64,000 nt of DNA, from the IMG/VR virus record IMGVR_UViG_3300031746_002125, positions 1 to 64,000 of that record, one strand, 5' to 3'. A program made the translations under genes and the position numbers. Shown here piece after piece: positions 30,415 through 40,901 of this stretch. The first letter of the stretch is position 1; each line of letters begins with the position of its first letter. The notes under the pieces were generated by a model. The model made no database searches, was not told where the DNA came from, and was given only the letters and a program-made list of their open reading frames with translations. Source of the DNA: a virus.

Positions 30415-30785
30415 TGGATAAAAAAACTTTTGAAATAATTGAAAAACTCCTTGAGCAATGGCAAAAATTATTAAAGTTAAATGCTAGGGCTTCGCTTGAG
30501 AAAGCATCCTTATTAAAAGGTGGTCTTAAAAAGAGAGTAAAATTAGAGGGTAAAGCTATTACTTTTGATTACAACACAACAAAAATACAAACCCAAATTC
30601 AAAAACAATTAATAGAACTATTACCAGAACATGAAATTTTAATTTTAAGCGAACCAACTGAAATTTTAGACTTTGACTGGAAGGTAGAAGACTATCTTGA
30701 ATTATACGCGAACCATTATAATCTCGTTGTTGTAAAGTTATTAGAGACAGTAGAAAGATTAAAATGTCAATTAAACAATGTTTAA
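30414..30785 (+). CDS. Hypothetical protein
   Basis: ORF overlapping the upstream stop (MDKKTF). Confidence 0.55.
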   Translation: MDKKTFEIIEKLLEQWQKLLKLNARASLEKASLLKGGLKKRVKLEGKAITFDYNTTKIQTQIQKQLIELLPEHEILILSEPTEILDFDWKVEDYLELYANHYNLVVVKLLETVERLKCQLNNV

Positions 30786-31012
30786 AGTTAAAATGTGCAA
30801 TTTGTGGAGATCAAATAAAAAAAGAAAAGATAACTCTATTTAAAAAAATAAATATTTGCAAAAATTGCGTTTATAGAATATTGACATTGTATGTTCATTT
30901 GAATCCAATAAATTTATTATGTCCTTTTTGTAATGGTAAAAAGAAAAAAACAAAATGTAGTTATTGTGATATATCCAAAAAAATGGAATTGTTTAAATAT
31001 GAAAATATATAG
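30764..31012 (+). CDS. Small zinc-finger protein
   Basis: Four CxxC pairs. Confidence 0.55.
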   Translation: MSIKQCLKLKCAICGDQIKKEKITLFKKINICKNCVYRILTLYVHLNPINLLCPFCNGKKKKTKCSYCDISKKMELFKYENI

Positions 31013-31020
31013 GAAATAAA

Positions 31021-31638
31021 ATGCCAAGATATTCTAAAGAAAGTATTGATCATTTTTTCGATTATGGTTTATTTCCATCCAAGAGAATAATGTACATTGG
31101 ATCGGCAAAAGAAGATTTAGATGGATCCGAATCTGGCATAGACTATTTAATGACAGAAAAAACTATAAAAGGTGTAACATATCTTAATACAGTATCAGAA
31201 AAACCAATAATTATAATAATGGATAGTCCTGGCGGGGACTGGTATCACAGTCTTGCAATATACGATATAATAAAATCAACCAGGTGCCACATAACAATAA
31301 TTGCCGTGGGATATTGTTGTAGTGCTGGATCTGTTGTTTTGCAGGCCGCTGATTTACGAGTAATATCCCCTAGCTGTATGTTCTTAATACATGACGGAAC
31401 AACAGAATTATCAGACCATACCAGAAATGTAGAATCGCAAGCACAACAATCTAAATTGGACAGAAAGAGGATGTACGAGATATATGAGGGAAAAATGAAA
31501 GAAAAAAATCCCAAGATAACAATTAAACAAATTGAAAAGTTGTGTACAATCGACAAAATATATTCCCCCCAAGAAGCAATAGATGTTGGTTTGGCCGACG
31601 AACTTTTGGGAGATATTAATCTTTATATAAAGGAATAA
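31021..31638 (+). CDS. clpP: ClpP-like protease subunit
   Basis: MDSPGG..AIYD..CSAGSV..FLIH..SPQEAIDVGLAD. Confidence 0.85.
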   Translation: MPRYSKESIDHFFDYGLFPSKRIMYIGSAKEDLDGSESGIDYLMTEKTIKGVTYLNTVSEKPIIIIMDSPGGDWYHSLAIYDIIKSTRCHITIIAVGYCCSAGSVVLQAADLRVISPSCMFLIHDGTTELSDHTRNVESQAQQSKLDRKRMYEIYEGKMKEKNPKITIKQIEKLCTIDKIYSPQEAIDVGLADELLGDINLYIKE

Positions 31639-31667
31639 TTAAGTGGAACATATTAATTCAATCAGTT

Positions 31668-32624
31668 GTGATAAATAAAAATATGAACGCGACTGATACG
31701 TATGATATTTATAAAATAATATGTCTCATAAATAATAAATTTTATATAGGAAGTAGTATAAATATAAATAAAAGATTAAAAGCACATGTGAATTTATTAA
31801 AACGCAATAAACATCCAAATAAACGACTACAAAATGCTTGGGACGAATGTGGCGAGAAAAATTTTAAATTTGAGATTATTGAAACTGTCTATGACATAAA
31901 TCAATTGTTGATAAGAGAAAAATGGTGGATTGACACTACCAATTGCTGTAATAGAAAGATAGGATTTAATATTTCTCATGATCCTCATAAAATCAATAAT
32001 GGAAGATTTATTGATTTAACTGGACAGAAATTTGGGGAACTGACTGTTGATAAATATATGGGACAAAGCAAATGGTTGTGTAGGTGCGATTGTGGTAAAG
32101 AAAAGATAGTTCTTTGCTGTAATTTAAGAAATGGTAATACTAAAAGTTGCGGGTGTAAAGAAGGAAATTTAAAACATGGCCATAGTCAAACAAAGATTTA
32201 TAATATATGGAGAGACATGAATCAGAGATGTAATAATAAAAATAATAAAGGTTATAAAAATTATGGGAAAAGAAAGATTAAGGTATGTTATAGGTGGTCT
32301 AATAAAAATCCCAGAGGATTTGAAAATTTTTATAAAGATGTTGGCGATCCACCAAAAGGAAAATCAATAAATAGAATAAATAATAGTGTAGGGTATTTCT
32401 CAAGTAATTGGCGATGGGCAACAAGTGCTCAGATAAATAGAAACATGAGAAGCAATAGAAATTATTTTTTAAACAATAAAAAACAGTGTCTAGTAGATAT
32501 AGCAAAGGAATACGATATTCATATAAATACATTAAGGCATAGATTAGATAAACTTGGCTTATCTATAGAAGAAGCAATAACAAGACCAATAGACAAAAGA
32601 TATTCTCACGGGAAAAGGGGGTGA
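31668..32624 (+). CDS. GIY-YIG endonuclease fused to an HNH-like domain
   Basis: IYKI..FYIGSS..RL..H; then DLTGQKFG..SCGC..IKVC.RW..SINRINN. Confidence 0.85.
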   Translation: MINKNMNATDTYDIYKIICLINNKFYIGSSININKRLKAHVNLLKRNKHPNKRLQNAWDECGEKNFKFEIIETVYDINQLLIREKWWIDTTNCCNRKIGFNISHDPHKINNGRFIDLTGQKFGELTVDKYMGQSKWLCRCDCGKEKIVLCCNLRNGNTKSCGCKEGNLKHGHSQTKIYNIWRDMNQRCNNKNNKGYKNYGKRKIKVCYRWSNKNPRGFENFYKDVGDPPKGKSINRINNSVGYFSSNWRWATSAQINRNMRSNRNYFLNNKKQCLVDIAKEYDIHINTLRHRLDKLGLSIEEAITRPIDKRYSHGKRG

Positions 32625-32627
32625 CTG

Positions 32628-33161
32628 GTGGATTTTAAGACTTTTCAGGAAGAATCTCGAAGGACGGCAACTTATCCTGGTTTAAATGAGTCTATTGAAT
32701 ATCCATTGATGGGGTTAATTGGGGAAATGGGTGAGCTTTCTGAGAAATTTAAAAAAGTTTTGCGTGACAACAATGGTGCGATGTCTCAAGATAGAATTGA
32801 TGGAATAATTGGTGAATTGGGCGACCTTTGTTGGTATCTGTTCCAAATATATTCTGAATTAAAGATTGATCTTCAAAATAATTATACAGAGATGTCCATT
32901 GATAAAAATAAATTAAATTCTACACTAAGTGTTCTTGTGGCCATAAATTGCTGCGTGTCAGATATAGCCATATATTGTTTGTCTAGCAATAAAACATTAA
33001 TTGGTGAATTAACAAATAATGCAAATACTTTAATTTCTCTTATAAAAGAAGTATGTAGGTTATGTAATGTATCAATAGAAGAAGTTATGGATTATAATAT
33101 TAAAAAATTACAGGATAGATTAAAAAGAGGAGTAATAAAAGGGGATGGGGATAAAAGGTAG
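32628..33161 (+). CDS. MazG-like nucleotide pyrophosphohydrolase
   Basis: GLIGEMGELSEKFKK..ELGDLCWY..NIKKLQDR..G.GD.R. Confidence 0.85.
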   Translation: MDFKTFQEESRRTATYPGLNESIEYPLMGLIGEMGELSEKFKKVLRDNNGAMSQDRIDGIIGELGDLCWYLFQIYSELKIDLQNNYTEMSIDKNKLNSTLSVLVAINCCVSDIAIYCLSSNKTLIGELTNNANTLISLIKEVCRLCNVSIEEVMDYNIKKLQDRLKRGVIKGDGDKR

Positions 33162-33658
33162 TGTGGAGAGATATAATAAATTTTAAAAATAAGTACGAGA
33201 TATCTAATGCGGGCGAAATTCGTAATAAAAATACTGGAAGAATTTTATGCCCAAGCAAAGACGGTAGTGGATATTTAAGAATTGGTTTGTGTAAAAACGG
33301 AAAGATGAAATCCTTTTCGGTTCATAGGTTGGTTTTGGAATCATTTATCGGTCCTTGTCCACCGGGAATGGAATCTTGCCATAACGATGGAAATATATAC
33401 AATAATGATGTAAATAATTTAAGGTTCGATACTCATCAAAATAATAATAGAGACAAAATCAAACATAATACAATTTTTAGACCAAAGGGATCTAGACATC
33501 CTCGTTCAAAATTAAATGAGTTACAGGTTAGAATAATAAAATATTTACTTAAAGATAATAAATTAACATTAATGGAAATAAGTAGAATATTCTTTGTTTC
33601 TAAAAGAACTATTGAACATATTAAATATGGAACAGCATGGAAACATGTAGGAATATAG
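33161..33658 (+). CDS. NUMOD4-HNH homing endonuclease
   Basis: YEISNAG..VHRLVLESF..CHNDGN..NNL. Confidence 0.9.
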   Translation: MWRDIINFKNKYEISNAGEIRNKNTGRILCPSKDGSGYLRIGLCKNGKMKSFSVHRLVLESFIGPCPPGMESCHNDGNIYNNDVNNLRFDTHQNNNRDKIKHNTIFRPKGSRHPRSKLNELQVRIIKYLLKDNKLTLMEISRIFFVSKRTIEHIKYGTAWKHVGI

Positions 33659-33948
33659 TGTATAAACAAAATATGGGAACAGAAATAGAAAATGAAAAAT
33701 CTTATCCGGAATTGATTCGTACATTCTTAAATTATTTCTGGGTATCTCTTCCAAAAGAGTGGGTCGTCGAAACTAAATTTGAAGGATACTTTTTAAATGT
33801 CAAAATTGTCTCCGACAAAGTTGTTGCCGGAAAACAATTTTATTTAAGACGACGATACTCACACGATATAATGAAAAAGTTTCAAGATACCGTAGACGAT
33901 CTGGCTTGCGACTGTGCGCAAGAAGTGATTTCCGCAATGAAAAAATAG
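33637..33948 (+). CDS. Hypothetical protein
   Basis: ORF in operon; start uncertain. Confidence 0.55.
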   Translation: METCRNIVYKQNMGTEIENEKSYPELIRTFLNYFWVSLPKEWVVETKFEGYFLNVKIVSDKVVAGKQFYLRRRYSHDIMKKFQDTVDDLACDCAQEVISAMKK

Positions 33949-33949
33949 T

Positions 33950-34267
33950 ATGAACAAGCAACTAGTGAAACTTTTATTGTTTAAATGGAAGCAACTTGTT
34001 CCATATGCCTCAATACAAAGAACATTTATAGAGAATATTAAAATAAATTCGGAAACATCGTCGCCATTTGATATGCGTTGTTTTGATCCCTTGTTAGAAA
34101 TTAGTGTTTTACAAGATAAAATTATAGAACAATGTCCAAAATTTTTATGGATTAAAACCGAATGTGATCTACCACAAAACCTATGCGACGACGATTGGAC
34201 AGAAATATATGCAAGATTCAATTATATGCTAATAGAAAAGGTTAAAAAAATTGTGTATAAACATTGA
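33950..34267 (+). CDS. Hypothetical protein, weakly similar to 30414-30785
   Basis: LL..WKQL..; Q..IIE..P..L..Y..(F/Y)N. Confidence 0.55.
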   Translation: MNKQLVKLLLFKWKQLVPYASIQRTFIENIKINSETSSPFDMRCFDPLLEISVLQDKIIEQCPKFLWIKTECDLPQNLCDDDWTEIYARFNYMLIEKVKKIVYKH

Positions 34268-34286
34268 TAGGGATTAGTGATGATAT

Positions 34287-34874
34287 TTGAGAACATTTCT
34301 ATACCACCTGTGGTCTAAATTTATAACCTTTATAGGCGATATAAAATTCTTTGGATGGAAACAACCATTCTGGTTCGTTTTTAACGCTTCGGGGTATAAA
34401 TTAAAAGGAGAACATTATAGAGAAGTAATCAAATTAATCAAGGACGGTGATATTCTATTATCTAGATCGTTACAATATATAGATACATATCTTATCCCTG
34501 GTTATTGGACTCACGCCGGGCTGTTCTACGGAGGAGACAAAAAACAAGTAATTCACGCAATAAGTGATGGAGTTCTAGTAGAGGATATAATTAATTTTAT
34601 GAGAACGGACGAATTATTGATATTAAGGGCTCCACAAGAGCATGTTGAAAGAGCATTGGCCTTAGCCAAATCGGTGGTTGGAAAAGAATACGATTTTATT
34701 TTTGACTTTAATAATTCTAATAGGTTTAGTTGTTCCGAACTTATTTATTTCTGCTACCCCAAATTAATAAAACCGCGAAAAAAATTCGGAAAAACAATAG
34801 TGGTTGCAGACGACATATTGTATTCAAGAAATTTTGATATTATTTGGGATTCTAGATTTAATGGGGGTCAATAG
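34287..34874 (+). CDS. Permuted papain-like NlpC/P60 (YiiX/YebB) protein
   Basis: GDILL..THAG..GKEYDF..FSCSELI. Confidence 0.85.
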   Translation: MRTFLYHLWSKFITFIGDIKFFGWKQPFWFVFNASGYKLKGEHYREVIKLIKDGDILLSRSLQYIDTYLIPGYWTHAGLFYGGDKKQVIHAISDGVLVEDIINFMRTDELLILRAPQEHVERALALAKSVVGKEYDFIFDFNNSNRFSCSELIYFCYPKLIKPRKKFGKTIVVADDILYSRNFDIIWDSRFNGGQ

Positions 34875-35486
34875 CGCCTTTTCTATTGACCACCCAAGTA
34901 TATCAATCCTACTTGCCAAAGTTCCTGTGGGGAGGCCATGTTCTTCTTCAAAGGCCGACCTGCATTGTGTTTTGTCATTAAATGTTTCTAAACGATTACT
35001 TCGTTGATTTCTAGCCTGCTCTTTTCTTGTAGCCCAGCGGCAATTTTCTTTGCAATAATCTCCATTATTATCTATTCTATCAAGGGACATTCCTTCTGGT
35101 GGGTCTCCCATATCTGTGTAAAAGTTTGCAAATCCATTCTTTGTATTAGACCATCGCTCACAAACCTTAATACCTCTTGCTCCCCAAGATTTCTTTCTAG
35201 GATTTTTACATCTGTTCTTCATTCCTGACCATACTCTATATGCTCTTGATATTTTATAGTCTATTGTGTGTCCGTGTTTTAAGTTGTTTGTTTTATATTT
35301 CTCTATTCTTAAGCACCCACAGCTTTTGGTTGTTCCTCTTTTTAAATCGACTCCAGTTGCAGAAGTTTCTTTACCACAATCACATTTACACAACCAAATA
35401 ACATCCCTGCTTTTACTTCGTCCATTTTGCTTAAGAACAACTAGCCGAGTAAATCTCTGTCCTGTCAAATCAATTATTTTTCTCAT
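34824..35486 (-). CDS. HNH-type homing endonuclease
   Basis: [31 protein letters not shown]. Confidence 0.9.
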   Translation of the reverse strand: MRKIIDLTGQRFTRLVVLKQNGRSKSRDVIWLCKCDCGKETSATGVDLKRGTTKSCGCLRIEKYKTNNLKHGHTIDYKISRAYRVWSGMKNRCKNPRKKSWGARGIKVCERWSNTKNGFANFYTDMGDPPEGMSLDRIDNNGDYCKENCRWATRKEQARNQRSNRLETFNDKTQCRSAFEEEHGLPTGTLASRIDILGWSIEKALLTPIKSRIPNNIKIS

Positions 35487-35494
35487 TATAAACC

Positions 35495-35902
35495 TTAAAA
35501 CACATTGTAAGGAAGTAGATAGTGGTCTAGATTAATTTCATTATAAACTAATTCGTAACCATCTTTCATATTTTTATTTTTAAAAATCATCAATTCTCTT
35601 ATGGTTTTTCCACACCCAAAAGCAGCGAATGTTTCAATATTGGCCCCTAAAGATTTCTTCCATCCATTTAACAGTAAAATTCCTTTGCAAAGATTCACGA
35701 CCGAATTCAGGTCTTTCTTCATGCAAGTATTAAAAGTAAGGTGAGTATCATTTTCTTCCGCAGGGCTCCAAATTTTATACCCCCTGTTTCTTAATAACTT
35801 AGCCGCAAGACGGAAGGCCGGATAATTAAATTCTGGGAGCCCACTCATTGGTCCGGCTAAGTACCACTCGAACTTATAATCTTTCTTTTTAAACCACTTC
35901 AT
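35495..35902 (-). CDS. DUF4406 / nucleoside 2-deoxyribosyltransferase-like protein
   Basis: [32 protein letters not shown]. Confidence 0.8.
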   Translation of the reverse strand: MKWFKKKDYKFEWYLAGPMSGLPEFNYPAFRLAAKLLRNRGYKIWSPAEENDTHLTFNTCMKKDLNSVVNLCKGILLLNGWKKSLGANIETFAAFGCGKTIRELMIFKNKNMKDGYELVYNEINLDHYLLPYNVF

Positions 35903-35919
35903 AAAAATATCCTAATCCA

Positions 35920-36450
35920 TTAAATATGACCTGTATATTTATTATTTTTTATATCGGAGACTATTCTTTGAGAAATACTATATAGTCTTCCAATTTCTTT
36001 TTGGGTCAATAAACGTTCTTTTAATAATTTTGTGATCTCTAAAAATTTTATTCTATTTATTTTTGCCCATTTGCATTTTGATCCAAGACGACTTGGAGGA
36101 AGTTTAAATGTCCCATGACCCTTGCTATCTTGCGAATTTTCTTTTTGTGTTCCCCACCGCAAATTGTTCAGTTTATTATTATTTGGATTACCGTCCAAGT
36201 GTCTACAAACAGCACCAATAAATGGTTTTGGTCCAACAAAAGTTGCGAGAACCAACTTGTGAATTCTAAAAGTTTTTGATATACTATTTTTAGAAAGACT
36301 AAGATATAAATATCCGTTTTTGTCTTCTGTTGGTTTTAAAATTCTTTCATTATCACACTTTACACTTATTAATCTTTTAATTAACCCAAGATTAGAAGCT
36401 TGGTATAATCCAATATAATCTGGAATATCTTTCCATACTTCCTTGATCAC
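35920..36450 (-). CDS. NUMOD4-HNH homing endonuclease
   Basis: WKDIPDYIGLYQASNLG; CRHLDGNPNNNKLNNLRWGT. Confidence 0.9.
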   Translation of the reverse strand: MIKEVWKDIPDYIGLYQASNLGLIKRLISVKCDNERILKPTEDKNGYLYLSLSKNSISKTFRIHKLVLATFVGPKPFIGAVCRHLDGNPNNNKLNNLRWGTQKENSQDSKGHGTFKLPPSRLGSKCKWAKINRIKFLEITKLLKERLLTQKEIGRLYSISQRIVSDIKNNKYTGHI

Positions 36451-36552
36451 CTTATTCTATCCACCAATCTTTTTGTGTTTATTGTCAATTACACCAAAAA
36501 CAAAAATTTTATAAAATAAACACCAGCCATACCAAAATATCATAATCTTCTC

Positions 36553-36954
36553 CTAATCCTCTATTCCAAAAATTTCTTTAACATTTTTCAATGTTTCTTC
36601 ATAATTTTCGGGGGTGGGATTTTCTGGAACCCTAAATCCTTTGTCGTCTATAAAAATATCTGCATTAGGTTTTCCATTTTCAAACCACACAGTATCATAA
36701 ATAAGATTATTCGTATTTAACCAATCCTTTACCATGTTTGCTAATAAAAACGGCGCAGTATTTTTGGAAACCACACTTGGTGAACAACGACAACTATGTA
36801 TAATTATATCCCCAAATTTATGTAGCTCTTCAAGAAATTCTTTGGCTCCTGGTAGTGGGTCGCCAAACTGGTAAATGTCTTTCCATTGGTCGTATGTGGC
36901 AATAGTTTTATCTAGGTCTACTGCAATTACTAACCTTCTATTATATTTACGCAT
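36553..36954 (-). CDS. HAD-superfamily hydrolase
   Basis: IAVDLDKTI..GKP.AD.FIDDK. Confidence 0.8.
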   Translation of the reverse strand: MRKYNRRLVIAVDLDKTIATYDQWKDIYQFGDPLPGAKEFLEELHKFGDIIIHSCRCSPSVVSKNTAPFLLANMVKDWLNTNNLIYDTVWFENGKPNADIFIDDKGFRVPENPTPENYEETLKNVKEIFGIED

Positions 36955-38173
36955 TAACCGTTTCTTTTACTATTTCACCGTCGCTGATAATAACCTGACA
37001 CTCTTTGCCCTTGCCGACTCGTTCTATCCAGACCTGCGCATCCATTTTCGAGGCCATCTTGGAAACCATCGCCAGATTCTTCTCGTCAAGCAAAGATCCG
37101 TCTCGGATTAGAAGGATTTTCAATTTAGGATTCATGACCAAACCCATCGCAACCGAAACTTTAATCCTTTCACCCTGAGATATTTGATCGAACGGTATCC
37201 CATTAAACGTCACGGCCTCTTCGTCAAAAGCCAATCCCTTTATTGGGAAATTAGCCTTTTCCAACATCTGTTGTTTAGTAGCGTCTATATTTATCAGAGC
37301 AAGAGATGCCGCTTCCGATTTTCCTCTTAGTTCCTGTAGAGCTATTTCTAAAAGCTTTTTAGCATCGTTAGCCCTTATCGACTTGTTAACTTCTTCGGCT
37401 GAATTAATTTGAGACTGTATATTAGATACATCTATCTTTTGGAAATCTTTTATGGTCGTTTCATCTTTTATCATATAGGTTTCTATCTTGGTTTTTTCTC
37501 CTGTTATTTGTTTAATTTGTTCATCTAGTTTTGCGATCCTTAGTTTATTATGTTCCAAAGATCTTTTTGCATCATCTAATTTTTGATTTTCCGCAAGAGC
37601 AGACATTAATTTATTAGAAAGCGCCACAACAGACACTTCTTTATCTGGAACATCCTTGCAATAAGAAATACTTTCATATTGTGCCTTGAGTTCTTTGCCC
37701 CTTCTATTAATATCTGTTCTGGAATCAAACGCCTCTTTGCGGCTCTTGTTCAATTCTGTAAAATCAAGTCCAACCAACTTTTTAAGAGTTTCAATCCTTT
37801 TCTTGTCATCCATTCTAAAAAATTCAGACGGATCGAAAGATAGATTCCCCACTATCTTGTCAAGCATAGCTTGTGGAGTAGGGAACGTAGCCCCTTCCTT
37901 ACTCTTGACCACGAGACTGGTTCCATTTTTTGTAAATGTTCTTATTACCTGTATATCACCAAGGTCAAGAACAATCCTGGCCTTTTCTTGTCCATTCCTT
38001 ATTGGTTGACCAGGAATATGCTTTGAACCACCAAGGGCGTATTCGATAGAATCGAGAATGCTTGACTTGCCATTCCCGTTATCTCCCCCTATCACGACCA
38101 TGTTACCATCGGGCTTGATTTCAATAGCCTTAAGACATTTTATATTTTCTGCTTCTAACGATACGATTTTCAT
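36947..38173 (-). CDS. SMC/Rad50-like ATPase
   Basis: GDNGNGKSS Walker A, coiled coil, SQGE signature, LLIRDGSLLD. Confidence 0.85.
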   Translation of the reverse strand: MKIVSLEAENIKCLKAIEIKPDGNMVVIGGDNGNGKSSILDSIEYALGGSKHIPGQPIRNGQEKARIVLDLGDIQVIRTFTKNGTSLVVKSKEGATFPTPQAMLDKIVGNLSFDPSEFFRMDDKKRIETLKKLVGLDFTELNKSRKEAFDSRTDINRRGKELKAQYESISYCKDVPDKEVSVVALSNKLMSALAENQKLDDAKRSLEHNKLRIAKLDEQIKQITGEKTKIETYMIKDETTIKDFQKIDVSNIQSQINSAEEVNKSIRANDAKKLLEIALQELRGKSEAASLALINIDATKQQMLEKANFPIKGLAFDEEAVTFNGIPFDQISQGERIKVSVAMGLVMNPKLKILLIRDGSLLDEKNLAMVSKMASKMDAQVWIERVGKGKECQVIISDGEIVKETVNA

Positions 38174-38177
38174 TGTT

Positions 38178-40234
38178 CTACACCAATTCTTTCTCAACCG
38201 TTTCCATTAAATCTTTTGTAATTTCTGCTCTTTTGTTCATATCCCAGGTTTCTTTATTAATTTGTTTATTTTCATAAAAAACTTTATCAATTTGAATATT
38301 ATTGATTATCATTGTTCTACCCACGTTTATCAGGGCGTCTTCTAGCGAATCATTTGAACCACCTATTCTATAGATTGGAGGATCGTAATTTTTACCGGCT
38401 TCAAAATCATCTGTCCACCAATAATAACTATTTTCTCTTTTGTCTTCTTTAAAAATATATACATTCATTCCTTGTATTCCTTTATACGGATTTCCCTATT
38501 TTCTTAATACAAGATTCATTAAATTCTTCTTGAGGTTCTTCGTCTAGAAATTCAAAGACTTTGGCTTTATTTGGTCGTTTAAAACGAGATTTTAGAATTT
38601 TTAAATAATTTCTTTTTAAATAAAGATAAACATATTTTTTATAAAGATAGATTAAAATATTAGATAAAATATAAATTGTATTAAATATACAAAGTATTTC
38701 AATTAACATTACTATTACCCTTTAATTTTTCTTGAGTGGTCCAACGCCCGCATCATATGGAGACTTGCCGTGATCAATATATTCGTCGCCCTTCTTTTGT
38801 TCCTGTACCATCGCATAATCTATTGCTTCTCGAACCGTAGCAAAAGTTGGTTCCATTCTCGGTCCACCACTAGTTTCAAGCAATCTCCACCCTCTTCCGG
38901 TAACAGACCATCTAAAATTACATCTTCCGGTATAACTTTTCTTGGTATTTTGGGCTTCGAGCCATTCCAGTCTTTGGTGGTCATTTTCAAGCATAAGATC
39001 ATAACTATTTCTTGGATCTAAAGTATCATCACCCATTACTTCATTCTCCTATCATCTTTATCTGCAAACAACACATGGTCACAGTTATCTAATTTTTCTT
39101 TTTTGTCATTTTTATCATTGATTATATTTTCCGGCCAACTAAAATGACATCTCAAACATTCTCTGCGAAGATGTTCTTTCAACACAGGATCTCCATCCTC
39201 CTTATATTCTCTAAGATAATCTGATGAAAATCGCACCTTTTCCATATGATAAACTTTAACTTCTTCGTGCCCACACTTTGGACACTTAATATTTGGATTA
39301 AAATCTTTCATGCCCAAGTATCCTTCCCGCATCGTTTACAATTTTTGCGCCAAGGCTTTTGTACTTCTCCAATACCATTAGAAGCAAGACACGTTAGATA
39401 TCTAATTGTCCATTTGTGGCCTAAAACAAGGCACCAAAATTTCATCCAACATCCCCATTTTCTTTAATTTTTTGATCTTCGTAAGGGGCGATTAATTTTC
39501 TGGAAATTTCTGTCTTGCAACATTCGAGTGCCCCAATAATCGAATTAAACCGAGCATAAGATTTTTCTCCTCCGATATTTGTGTTCGTTAATCTTTTCGC
39601 TATCTTAAAAATTATATAATTTAATTTGCCACAAAGCACATCATTGCCACGATATTCATCCAATAGTCGTAATGTCAATTCATCTATCAATGGATCTAAT
39701 TCTTTTCTTGCAGACTTTAATATATAAGGCATCTATTTCCCCAAGATAAACGATTTAAATACTACAAAAAGATCTACAAACCACATCCCTAGTTTTCCAA
39801 ACGGCCCCCTAGTACATTTGTCACAAAAGTAGAATTCACGAAGAGAAAGATTGGTTGCTTGAATAGGCTCGTTACATATTCCACATTTAAATACATCTTT
39901 TGTTACTGTTCTATTTTTTCTTTTCTTCGGTTTTGGTGGTGGAAACGGTCTATCTGGATTAACCTTCAACCAACCGTCCTCTGTCGCCGATTTCTTTCGT
40001 TTTTGTGAGATTTTCTTTTTAGCCATTGCTAACTTCCACCTCCTTAGTAACTAGAGCAAGATCGCCGACCGGAAAATATTCAGGGCGATTTCTTTGCGGC
40101 CTACCCTTTCCTAGACTAAGAGAAACAGAAGAACCATCTTCTGATAGACTCTTAATTCTACCCGCTTTACCAACTACACCAGAACATACGTCACACCGAA
40201 CAACTCGAACAACTTCACCCACTTTAAAACCCAT
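38178..40234 (-). other. Cluster of small hypothetical CDSs (38178-38468, 38482-38709, 38722-39036, 39036-39332, 39442-39732, 39733-40026, 40019-40234)
   Basis: Tightly packed minus-strand ORFs with RBSs; several have CxxC; 39442 has MPYI..G.LNY..GALEC.K.E..R..PYED.KI..NGDV. Confidence 0.65.
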
Positions 40235-40243
40235 AAATTTCTC

Positions 40244-40882
40244 CTAAACAACACTCTTGTATATCTTCTTATTTTTGACATTAGAAATTGTAGTCTCTGA
40301 AACACCAAATTGTTTTCCTATTTCTTTTAAAGTTAATTTTCCTTCTTCTGTTAATTTTCTAATTTCTCTTATTTGGTCATCTTTTAGTTTTGATAAATAG
40401 TGTTTTGATCCCATTTGAAATGTTCCATGATTTATTGCGTCTCGACAATTTTCTTTTCCTGTTCCTAATTTTAAATTACATAATCTATTATCTGTCCTAA
40501 CTCCATTCAAATGTCTACATTCCAGTCCTGGAAAATATAAATTACCGAAAGCCTCTAAAACCAATTTATGAATTTTAAAATATTTTGCCTTTCCATTTTT
40601 ACACAAACTAATTCTTAGGTATCCATGAGATTCTTTTCTTGGTTTCAAAATTTTTTCTTGATTTAAATATTTTTGTGGATCTTTTAATACTCTTCTAATG
40701 CTTGTTCTATTAATTTTTGTTTGTCTAGATATTTCAGATTGCGACAAATTATTATTGTTTAATAATAAGATATTATTTATTTGATCGTCTGTAAATTTTT
40801 TAACAAGTCTCTTTATTCTACCAAGATCAGAAACTTGATATAATCCTTCATACCCAACCACATCTTTCCAAATCTCTATCAT
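40244..40882 (-). CDS. NUMOD4-HNH endonuclease with inserted HTH
   Basis: WKDVVGYEGLYQVSDLG; LSQSEISRQTKINRTSIRR insert; CRHLNGVRTDNRL.NL. Confidence 0.9.
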   Translation of the reverse strand: MIEIWKDVVGYEGLYQVSDLGRIKRLVKKFTDDQINNILLLNNNNLSQSEISRQTKINRTSIRRVLKDPQKYLNQEKILKPRKESHGYLRISLCKNGKAKYFKIHKLVLEAFGNLYFPGLECRHLNGVRTDNRLCNLKLGTGKENCRDAINHGTFQMGSKHYLSKLKDDQIREIRKLTEEGKLTLKEIGKQFGVSETTISNVKNKKIYKSVV

Positions 40883-40901
40883 CTCAATATTATACGAAAA
40901 A

